Both the position numbers and the translations under genes were made by a program. This document shows positions 38,612 to 47,190 of a stretch of 64,000 nt of DNA, piece after piece. Below the pieces are notes generated by a model. That model made no database searches. It saw nothing but the letters and a program-made list of their open reading frames with translations, and had not been told where the DNA came from. How positions within the stretch are numbered: position 1 is the stretch's first letter; each line of letters starts with the position of its first letter. This DNA is from an uncultured Pseudomonadota bacterium (GTDB lineage: Bacteria > Pseudomonadota > Alphaproteobacteria > Rs-D84): the NCBI GenBank assembly GCA_902784345.1, contig CACZUD010000004.1, positions 4,495-68,494 on the forward strand, given 5' to 3'.

Positions 38612-39061
38612 ATGAATTTTATGAATCAAGCATTTTTATTAGCAAAAAAAGCCTATCAACATGGTGATGTTCCGATTGGCGCAGTCATAGTGCGCGACGG
38701 AAAAATTATTGCGCGTGGCGAAAACAAAGTACAAAAAAGCAAAAATCCAACACTGCACGCCGAAATAGTCGCGATTAATAAAGCATGTAAAAAACTTGGC
38801 ACTAAATTCTTGGACGATTGCGATTTGTATGTGACATTGGAACCATGCGCGATGTGTGCAACTGCGATTTCTTTTGCGCGCATAAAAAATATCTATTTTG
38901 CCGCAACGGACGAAAAGGGCGGTGGCATTACATCAAACGCGAAAATCTTTGAAAACGATAAACACCTTTGGAAACCAAAAATTATTCAAATGGATGAATA
39001 CGCCGAAAAATCTGCACAAATGTTGCGTGAATTTTTCAACAACCTGCGCAAAAAGAATTAA
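38612..39061 (+). CDS. tadA: tRNA adenosine deaminase TadA
   Basis: VPIGAVIV, HAE and TLEPCAMC; start ATG 38612. Confidence 0.9.
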   Translation: MNFMNQAFLLAKKAYQHGDVPIGAVIVRDGKIIARGENKVQKSKNPTLHAEIVAINKACKKLGTKFLDDCDLYVTLEPCAMCATAISFARIKNIYFAATDEKGGGITSNAKIFENDKHLWKPKIIQMDEYAEKSAQMLREFFNNLRKKN

Positions 39062-40524
39062 ACCAAACTTTTGCCTGTCATTTCATCCGGCTTTTCAATA
39101 CCAACCAATTTCAGTATTGTTGGTGCAATATCCGACAGTCCGCCCTCACGCGCAACATAATTGCCATTTGAAACCATTATAAAATTCACAGGATTTGTAG
39201 TATGCGAAGTCAATGGCACATTGTGTTCACTGTCCCACATTTGTTCTGCATTTCCATGGTCTGCGATAATCAAAACACAGCCATCTAAATTCAGCACAGC
39301 CGGCACAATGCGCGATAATTGTTTATCCAAACATTCCATTGCTTTGATTGCCGCAGTTTCATTTCCAGTATGCCCAACCATATCACCATTTGCAAAGTTT
39401 AATAACACGACATCGAATTTGGAAAGTCGTGGCAAAAGTGCATCTGTAATTTCATTTGCGGACATTTCTGGTTTCATATCAAAAGTCGCAACATCTGGCG
39501 AAGGAATTAAAACTTTTTCTTCGTTTTCATAATCGATATTGCGTTCTGCATCCATAAAATAGGTTACATGATTGTACTTTTCTGTTTCGGCAATACGTAA
39601 CTGCGTTTTGTTGTTTTTCGCCAATATATCACCCAAAGTGTTTTCTGTTTTTATATCGGGCAAAAGTGCAGGGCATACATCATCTAAACCTTCACCATAC
39701 TGTGAAAAACATAAAATATGACAACCGTTTTCAACCACTTTACGCATAATTTGACGTGCCCTGTCTGAGCGATAATTACAGAACAAAAATCCATCACGTA
39801 CGGTCAATTTTGTTGGCACAATAACAGTTGGTTTAATGAATTCATCTGTTTCACCCCGCGCATAAGCGTCTGCCAATGCAGCATCTATTGTTTGCGCATG
39901 ATAATTCGATTCACCACGTTCAATCGCCGCAAAAGCCAAATCTGTGCGGTCTGTATTATTGTTTCTGTCCATTGCATAATAACGACCACACAATGTCCCA
40001 AAAAACACAGCATTATTCTCAAACCCGTCCGCCAAATCTTGCTTTATAATATCGATATATTTTTGTGCAGACTGTGGCGGTGTATCACGCCCGTCTGCAA
40101 TAAAGTGAACACACACGCGCAAATCATTTTTTACAATGTATTTAATTGTTTTGATTATATCTGCCAGATTTGCATGAACGCGCCCGTCAGACATAAGGCC
40201 TGCAACATGAACAACACCGCCATCCGCCCGAACAGATTTTATAAAATTATTAAGCGGTTTATTTTTTGATAAATCTTCGATTTCAAATCTGCGCAAAAAT
40301 TGGTTAACTATGCGTCCTGAACCGATTGTAATATGTCCCACTTCTGAATTTCCCATAATCCCATCAGGCAGCCCAACAGCATTCCCAGACGCATCCAATT
40401 TTGAATGCGGATATTTCTTTAATAATTCGCTAAAATAGGGCATTTTTGCCAAAGCGACGGCATTATGCGTCTTGTCTTTATTGATACCGACACCGTCCAA
40501 AATACATAAAACAACTGGTTTCAT
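39058..40524 (-). CDS. gpmI: 2,3-bisphosphoglycerate-independent phosphoglycerate mutase
   Basis: ILDG, MGNSEVGH, GRYYAMDR, AETEKY.HVT, DMVGHTG and ADHGN motifs. Confidence 0.96.
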   Translation of the reverse strand: MKPVVLCILDGVGINKDKTHNAVALAKMPYFSELLKKYPHSKLDASGNAVGLPDGIMGNSEVGHITIGSGRIVNQFLRRFEIEDLSKNKPLNNFIKSVRADGGVVHVAGLMSDGRVHANLADIIKTIKYIVKNDLRVCVHFIADGRDTPPQSAQKYIDIIKQDLADGFENNAVFFGTLCGRYYAMDRNNNTDRTDLAFAAIERGESNYHAQTIDAALADAYARGETDEFIKPTVIVPTKLTVRDGFLFCNYRSDRARQIMRKVVENGCHILCFSQYGEGLDDVCPALLPDIKTENTLGDILAKNNKTQLRIAETEKYNHVTYFMDAERNIDYENEEKVLIPSPDVATFDMKPEMSANEITDALLPRLSKFDVVLLNFANGDMVGHTGNETAAIKAMECLDKQLSRIVPAVLNLDGCVLIIADHGNAEQMWDSEHNVPLTSHTTNPVNFIMVSNGNYVAREGGLSDIAPTILKLVGIEKPDEMTGKSLV

Positions 40525-40645
40525 TTTAATCTTCCTTGTGGTTTTTATGGTATCACATATGTTTTTTCATTGCAAAATAAAAAGAAACATTGTATAAAAT
40601 AAGGCATAAGAACTTTTTCTTATTTTTTACAGAGAGGAATAAACA

Positions 40646-41062
40646 ATGGTACGCAAAGCAGGACTTATTAACGAAGTAGATCATCACATTGCTCAACGCT
40701 TGCAATTGCGCCGTGTTATGTTGGGTATGACGCAATCGGATTTGGCGAAAAAATGTGGGGTCAGCTTTCAACAAATTCAAAAATATGAAACAGCGGGCAA
40801 TCGTATTCCGGCTGCACGTCTGTTTGATTTAAGTCAGGCAATGGAAACATCTGTGGCATTTTTCTTTGCGGGTCTGCCGGGTAATTATCCCCCAGAAACC
40901 AAGGCTATTCGTTCAATGCGTGTTTCTGAAGCAAAAGAAGACGACCCATTAAGCAAAAACGAATCTTTGCAGTTGATAAATTTATATTGGAATTTACCAA
41001 CAGACGCACAACGAAAAACAATAATGGACATGCTGAAATTATTGAATGGTGAAAACAAATAA
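40646..41062 (+). CDS. XRE-family HTH transcriptional regulator
   Basis: D.HIA.RL..RR...GMTQ...GVSFQQIQKYE...NRI. Confidence 0.88.
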   Translation: MVRKAGLINEVDHHIAQRLQLRRVMLGMTQSDLAKKCGVSFQQIQKYETAGNRIPAARLFDLSQAMETSVAFFFAGLPGNYPPETKAIRSMRVSEAKEDDPLSKNESLQLINLYWNLPTDAQRKTIMDMLKLLNGENK

Positions 41063-41087
41063 AAAAACCGCCAAATTGGCGGTTTTT
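41061..41087. terminator. Bidirectional terminator
   Basis: AAAAACCGCCA-AAT-TGGCGGTTTTT. Confidence 0.8.
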
Positions 41088-41106
41088 CTAAAGAATATGT
41101 CAAAAA

Positions 41107-42363
41107 CTATCTTGCTCCAAGAACACAATCTTTGAAATCTTCACTTGATTCTTTGGTCCAACATTGCTCATTTATCATTTCGGTATTTCTGCCCCTTGGT
41201 CCGTATTGCATAAGATCCTTTGATATAACATAACTGGCCTTGTTACATTCACATGTTGATGCTTCAAAAACATAACCTTCTTCACATTTAACAAGTTTGC
41301 CATATAAAGAAACCAAACCACCTTCTTCATATACATCTTCTTTCTCGCAAAGTCCTGTATTGAACCCATTATAATCTACACAGTTAAAGTTTGCATCAAG
41401 GGCTTTTGATCTGTCCTTGCAAACAATAATGTTACAACTGTCTTTCATTTGTTTATTATGGATATTAGATTTAAAATTAGAATCTGAATATCCATTACAC
41501 CAAACATTTGAACCACAATTTTTAGAATTAATTTCACATTTATCATTTTTTGTAAAACCTTGGGCACACAAAACCTTTGATATACCAGAAATCGCAGGCC
41601 CAGACTTCAGCGAAGTTGGAATCTGTGAACCAACAGAACTAACTAACATTGGCTGTGCAACCACACCATGTTGCATAAAATCAGTCGCACCCAAATAAAT
41701 AACATGTTCATACCTACCTGACATCTTATCCCTTGCAAAATACTCCATGTCATCCGCAACCCCCATTCGCCATTTGTGCAAAGTAATAGAATCACTATTC
41801 TCATACACTCTTTGTTTAACTTTGCTTATATAAGCAGCAATATCGTCTGTATTACATGGCGTATCATTACCAGTCGTTCCTTCCTTAACTTCTTTACTAC
41901 AGGTAGGTCCATCGTATCCGGGTTGACAGAGCACCATACAAGGCATTTGCGGCCAATTGGGTTGCTGATTAATTATTGATAAACCACTAGGAGAAGACAC
42001 GGCAGACAACTGAGTTAAACAAAATTGGCCACCATGCTCATATATTTTTCTTGCTACAAACACCATAATGGCAACATCATCTTTTGTAGTTATAATACGA
42101 TCTTCGGTTCTGGCATCACCCCTGATATTGGCAACCTGATCATAAGACATGTTTGTACAGCAAGCATAACCTTGTTTTATTTTGAAACCAAGTGGGGCTC
42201 GGTCTGCATCTTGAATATACGTCGTATCCATATAAGGATTCCCCCATGCTGTCGCTGCTGCAGGTGAAACATTCTTATTCTCCGAAAGGTAATAAGGATC
42301 ACAAAAAGCATCGTTCAAAAAGAACAAACAGCCAATCAAACAAAAAAATAATCTTTTTTTCAC
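41107..42363 (-). CDS. Exported Cys-rich hypothetical protein
   Basis: GTG start 42363 after AAGGG; signal peptide; many Cys including EGF-like CQPGYDGPTC. Confidence 0.7.
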   Translation of the reverse strand: MKKRLFFCLIGCLFFLNDAFCDPYYLSENKNVSPAAATAWGNPYMDTTYIQDADRAPLGFKIKQGYACCTNMSYDQVANIRGDARTEDRIITTKDDVAIMVFVARKIYEHGGQFCLTQLSAVSSPSGLSIINQQPNWPQMPCMVLCQPGYDGPTCSKEVKEGTTGNDTPCNTDDIAAYISKVKQRVYENSDSITLHKWRMGVADDMEYFARDKMSGRYEHVIYLGATDFMQHGVVAQPMLVSSVGSQIPTSLKSGPAISGISKVLCAQGFTKNDKCEINSKNCGSNVWCNGYSDSNFKSNIHNKQMKDSCNIIVCKDRSKALDANFNCVDYNGFNTGLCEKEDVYEEGGLVSLYGKLVKCEEGYVFEASTCECNKASYVISKDLMQYGPRGRNTEMINEQCWTKESSEDFKDCVLGAR

Positions 42364-42373
42364 CGTTACACCC

Positions 42374-45058
42374 TTACTTAATATAACAATTATCCCCAGA
42401 CAAATATCCACCAAGTGCCTGACATCTCTTTTTATACCAATCTTGTGACAATTTACATTCGCCATTTTCAAAAGATACTGTGCCCGACATATCTGGTATC
42501 TGGCTTTGAATTGTGCAAAACTGTCTGATTGACGGTTGCATACAAACACCCCAACCCAGAGAAAAACCTTCTGTGGCATCCATTTCTTTTGAACCGCCCC
42601 TTGATAAATTAATTCCATAACCCTTTATACCAGAATTTATCAGTGCCTGCACAGAAAGAGTTCCAAAAACTTTTTTTGCCCACGTTGGCGACACATTTAT
42701 CGTATCATTCTGAGACAAAGAAAAACCATTATCGTCAAATATCAAATCGCCTTCTCCTTTAACAGCATAGCATGCGTCCCACAGCATAGGGAACATATCT
42801 TTTTTTATCTCGTCAAGTATCTTATTTACATACGTTTGCGCTTGCAAATTCAATTTTCCACCATATTTTTTAGATGTCCCAGCAGTTCCAGACACCGCAG
42901 CACGAGTAACCGTAGCCCCAGCTGGTCCAGCACTGACCGCGACATTGGTATTTGAAACCTGAGTCATATTATTTGAAGCCACAGTCGCGTTACTTAAAGT
43001 TCCAAGTTTTTGTTGGGGGTTAACAAGACTTCCTTTGTTTGCTGTTTTTTTAGAAGAATCTCCTGATTCAATAACATCATTCATATTATAATCAGAACCG
43101 AAATCACTGGCACAAACAATTTCTGCTCTTTTAGTCAACATTGATTCCAAATCCGCCCGCGACATTCTTACGCAACCCCACGGATATGCGTGTTCATCCC
43201 CAGTGGCAGGTGCACAAGTTTCTTGTGCATATTCACGCAACGCTTCTTCGCACCCTTTTTCAAATCTTACCGTGTCGACAGTATCAACCAACGCCAACAA
43301 CGATTGCATTCCGCATTTTTTACCTGCCACAGTTGATATTTTCTTTGTTGAATCATCATACGTACAACCATCAATATCGCCATACAATGCCGCACACGCA
43401 AACACTTTTTGTTTGCAGGCATCACGTGCCGCTATTGCAGAAATTGCCTTGCCCGCAGTTGCAGAAACATCTTCTGCCAACGAATTCATCGCACCGGTTT
43501 GCGTATCATAACATTCTTTTATAGTTGTAACACATGATGCTTTGACTTGTTCTATTTTTTCGTCTTGGGCCTGAGCAATTTGAATCAATGCCATACGTTT
43601 ATATTCTTCCCATACTGTATCTGCAATACCACGACATGAATCAAGCGCACTTTTTGCAAAAACTTTCTTTTCTTCTAAAAACGTATTGAAATCAGGGTTC
43701 GCACCCAACACATCGGCACCGCCATTCAATTTAATTAAATTGTTCAAACCAAACAATGCCTGTGAATAAACAGGTTCACCAGTCGAAGGATTTATATACA
43801 ATCCAGAATAATCTAAACATCTTTCATAATTAGAACCACAAGCAAGAGGCTGGCGTATAGCGTTGTCCACATCCGTTAAACATTCGTTAACATCTGCGGA
43901 ATTATGCGCACGATATTCTTCCAATCTTGCTTCGCGTAAATATTTTTCTGCTTTTCTGACCGTATCTTCAACACTGGTCTTTTTAGCGGTTATATTTTTT
44001 TCATACGCATTACAATCTTGGGTTATCAAAATAGAATAGGCGGAACGTGCCAAATTAAACATCGCATCCCCGCCACACGATTCGCGGGTGATTTGTGAAC
44101 ATTGATTCATTGCACCTTCGTATAAATCCGATCCTTCCAAAGAAGAAATATCTGTATAAGACGATGAACCGCCACTGGTGAAAGCAGATGCTAAACTGTT
44201 GTTGAAAGCCGAAGACGAATCGCCAAAAGGATCACTTGCTGTTGTTGAAAAAGAAGACAAATCCAACACGCCCAATGACGATGTATTGGCTTTAGAAACC
44301 TTTTTAGAAGAATATGTTTTTTTCGATTTTGTTGATAAAACTTCACTGATGCTGTCCAACAATTTCTGGGAAGCACTGGTATCACGTTTAATAGCGGCTT
44401 CGCCTTCTGTTGCAGAATACATCGCGTCTACTTCTGCGGCAGTTTTATTAACCGCATCCAAATTAACATTTTGGAATTCAGCCAACAATTTAAGTGCTTC
44501 ATCCAATCTGTCAGATAAATCACGAAATTCTATGAAACGATCACTGCAGAAACATCTGCGATACGTATCGTTTGCATTTGCACACATTTGATCCATACAC
44601 GTTGCATAAGAATCACGACATTCAGAATACCCACCACCAATTTTTGAAACGTCATTAAATACCGCCGTTGCACGCGCAGTCCCCGCACGTGAAACATTTG
44701 CATTGCCAGTTTTTACTTTCGTGCCAGAACGAACAACAGATGGATTAGACGCAGTTCTTGCAACATTTGTTCCTTTTACCACAGGACGCGCAGAACGCAC
44801 CGCAGCACTACGAACAGTTGCAGGACGAGCCGTTACAACAGGCCGGGATTGTCTTTTATCCAAAACAGTAGAACGTGCAATCACCGATGTTGCAGAACGC
44901 CGAACAGCAGCATTACTTTCCGAATCAGCAGAACGCGTAACATTGCGAGCATTGTTCACCGCGCCACGCGGGTTTGCCTGTTGTGCTCCAAAAGCAATAC
45001 CAGGAACAACTATCGCAACCGCAGACATTTTCAAAATATTTTTGATAAGTCCTAACAC
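42374..45058 (-). CDS. Large exported Cys-rich protein with Arg/Ala/Thr-rich N-terminus
   Basis: Signal peptide ending AFGA; CRDSYATCMDQMC...RRCFCS and related Cys helices; start probably GTG 45058. Confidence 0.75.
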   Translation of the reverse strand: MLGLIKNILKMSAVAIVVPGIAFGAQQANPRGAVNNARNVTRSADSESNAAVRRSATSVIARSTVLDKRQSRPVVTARPATVRSAAVRSARPVVKGTNVARTASNPSVVRSGTKVKTGNANVSRAGTARATAVFNDVSKIGGGYSECRDSYATCMDQMCANANDTYRRCFCSDRFIEFRDLSDRLDEALKLLAEFQNVNLDAVNKTAAEVDAMYSATEGEAAIKRDTSASQKLLDSISEVLSTKSKKTYSSKKVSKANTSSLGVLDLSSFSTTASDPFGDSSSAFNNSLASAFTSGGSSSYTDISSLEGSDLYEGAMNQCSQITRESCGGDAMFNLARSAYSILITQDCNAYEKNITAKKTSVEDTVRKAEKYLREARLEEYRAHNSADVNECLTDVDNAIRQPLACGSNYERCLDYSGLYINPSTGEPVYSQALFGLNNLIKLNGGADVLGANPDFNTFLEEKKVFAKSALDSCRGIADTVWEEYKRMALIQIAQAQDEKIEQVKASCVTTIKECYDTQTGAMNSLAEDVSATAGKAISAIAARDACKQKVFACAALYGDIDGCTYDDSTKKISTVAGKKCGMQSLLALVDTVDTVRFEKGCEEALREYAQETCAPATGDEHAYPWGCVRMSRADLESMLTKRAEIVCASDFGSDYNMNDVIESGDSSKKTANKGSLVNPQQKLGTLSNATVASNNMTQVSNTNVAVSAGPAGATVTRAAVSGTAGTSKKYGGKLNLQAQTYVNKILDEIKKDMFPMLWDACYAVKGEGDLIFDDNGFSLSQNDTINVSPTWAKKVFGTLSVQALINSGIKGYGINLSRGGSKEMDATEGFSLGWGVCMQPSIRQFCTIQSQIPDMSGTVSFENGECKLSQDWYKKRCQALGGYLSGDNCYIK

Positions 45059-45113
45059 TTTTTCTCTCTTTCTTTTTGCTATTTTATCATTTTTGCCGAA
45101 TCTATGCAAGAAT

Positions 45114-45713
45114 TTATTCTATGCAACAATTAACAGCGTTCTTTACCCATTGACCCAGTTTTTTAACACCAGAAACTTTTTCTGCCTTTTTGCTTGTTTT
45201 CTGTACCTTTTTATCGTCTTTTTTTGTTGCACACGCTTCCGTTGCACCCTGATAAAAAGCAGGTACAGATTCTTGTACACCATCTAAATCTATAAGGTGC
45301 ATATTCAATCCCCAGAACAAAGAATACAAATCATATGCTTTTTCAAACATTTCGTACGCTTCTTTTTTCTTGCCAGCACCCATTGCCTTGGTTCCTACTT
45401 CATAAAGACGCATAGATGCAGCCAAAAGATGTTTAGAAATACACCAAACTTCGCCGTCTTCACCGCTGGATTTCTTAACAATGCGTTCCATCAATTCTTT
45501 GCGCATATTACGAACAGTATTTATCAAATCATAAAAGCCGACTTTGCCGGTCTTGGCACCACTGAAAAAGAAATGTTCTTCCAAAGACACCAAATTCATC
45601 AATGCAATCGACAAATCTTGATCAGACGATAAATCCAATGGATTCGCCTTTTTCGCGGCATCCAATTTTTCAATCATTTCTTCCATAGATAATTTTTTAC
45701 TGTTCTTTTTCAT
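45114..45713 (-). CDS. Hypothetical helical protein ending CCIE
   Basis: NLVSLEEH, WCISKHLL and terminal CCxE; SD AAGGA. Confidence 0.7.
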   Translation of the reverse strand: MKKNSKKLSMEEMIEKLDAAKKANPLDLSSDQDLSIALMNLVSLEEHFFFSGAKTGKVGFYDLINTVRNMRKELMERIVKKSSGEDGEVWCISKHLLAASMRLYEVGTKAMGAGKKKEAYEMFEKAYDLYSLFWGLNMHLIDLDGVQESVPAFYQGATEACATKKDDKKVQKTSKKAEKVSGVKKLGQWVKNAVNCCIE

Positions 45714-45730
45714 GATTCTTTTCCTTTAAT

Positions 45731-46279
45731 TTAGCACAAAACTATACCCATCTGTGGCAGCCATTTGATTATTGCCCAAAACACACCTGTCATTATCAAC
45801 AAACCACCAAAAGGCATAACAACTTTCTGAAATGGGAACAGGGCGTGTCCACCGTTATTCTTTTTAATATGCATGTACCACAATTCCATCAAAATAAATG
45901 TAACAGAACCAACCAAAACACCCAACAAGAATTGGTCAATGCCCCACATACAATTATCCCACCATTTTACAATCGGACTGTTTGAAGGGACAAAATACAC
46001 CGACATCAATAGCCCTGTGTAAACCAGTGCATTCAACACATACCAAATTGGATTTGTAATATTCTTTTTGCGCATATAATTCGCGGTCCAACCAATCAAC
46101 GAAACAGTCAAACCACCCGCCCAAATGCCGGTCAAAATATCTTTAACGCCCAACATTCTTGCACCTTCTAATCCGGCGCCTATCGCGATAGTACACACAG
46201 GACAAACCGCAGACGCGACGGACGAAAAAAGCACAATGCTTGTTATCGCACATAATAAAACTAACGGTAATTTTTTCAT
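45731..46279 (-). CDS. Membrane protein with N-terminal CPVC motif
   Basis: Signal-like N-terminus ASA-VCPVC, several TM segments, FPFQKVV. Confidence 0.7.
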   Translation of the reverse strand: MKKLPLVLLCAITSIVLFSSVASAVCPVCTIAIGAGLEGARMLGVKDILTGIWAGGLTVSLIGWTANYMRKKNITNPIWYVLNALVYTGLLMSVYFVPSNSPIVKWWDNCMWGIDQFLLGVLVGSVTFILMELWYMHIKKNNGGHALFPFQKVVMPFGGLLIMTGVFWAIIKWLPQMGIVLC

Positions 46280-46341
46280 CTTTTCTTCCTTTTCACTTCA
46301 TAATCTTAACAAAAAACAAAACCACAGGTCAATAGTATAAT

Positions 46342-47190
46342 TTATACTTTTTCAACCCCACGCATATGTGCAGAACGAGCGCGCGGATTTGATTCCAATT
46401 CTTGCTCGGACGGTGTTTTTGTTTTTAACAATTTATATTTTGGCTTCGACACAACTGGCAACCTAGGATCACCAACAGGCACAGACCACTTGTTGAAAGC
46501 ATTCTTAACAATTCTGTCTTCGATAGAATGAAATGTTACACAAATGCATCGTCCGCCAGACTGTAACAAACCATCAACGGAATTCAAAGCATCTTTAATC
46601 TGACCCATTTCATCATTAACGGCAATTCGCAAGGCCTGAAATACTGGCGCAACATCACCAGGAACTTTTATTAAATCACGCAATTCAAATGTTGTTTTAG
46701 GTTGTTTTTCCTTTAACAGCCCCGCCAGTTTATGTGATTTTTTTATATCGCCATATTCGTAAAGAACATCTGCTAATTCTTCAACTGTCAGGTTGTTTAT
46801 CAAATCAGAAGCAGTTATACCAGTACGTATATCCATACGCATATCAAGTGGTGCATCAAAGCGAAATGAAAAACCACGATCTGCATTGTCTATCTGCATC
46901 GAAGAAATTCCCAAATCAAAAACGACATCATCAAAATCGTCCGCGCTTAATTGTTTGATTTCGGAAAAGGGTGCACTAACAAATTTAAATCTGTCGCCAA
47001 ATTCTTGTTTCAATTTATCTGCATCTGCAATTACATTAACATCCCTGTCAAAAGCAATGACTTTTGCACCACGTTCCAAAAAGGCACGAGAATATCCACC
47101 AGCACCAAAAGTACAATCAACTATTGTACGCCCATCCATGTTGCCCAAGGCGTTCAATACATCGTTTAAAAGAACAGGTATATGTTTCAT
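46342..47190 (-). CDS. rsmH: 16S rRNA m4C1402 methyltransferase
   Basis: HIPVLL, DCTFGAGGYS, DLGISSMQ, LDMRM, FHSIED and NPRARSA motifs. Confidence 0.95.
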   Translation of the reverse strand: MKHIPVLLNDVLNALGNMDGRTIVDCTFGAGGYSRAFLERGAKVIAFDRDVNVIADADKLKQEFGDRFKFVSAPFSEIKQLSADDFDDVVFDLGISSMQIDNADRGFSFRFDAPLDMRMDIRTGITASDLINNLTVEELADVLYEYGDIKKSHKLAGLLKEKQPKTTFELRDLIKVPGDVAPVFQALRIAVNDEMGQIKDALNSVDGLLQSGGRCICVTFHSIEDRIVKNAFNKWSVPVGDPRLPVVSKPKYKLLKTKTPSEQELESNPRARSAHMRGVEKV

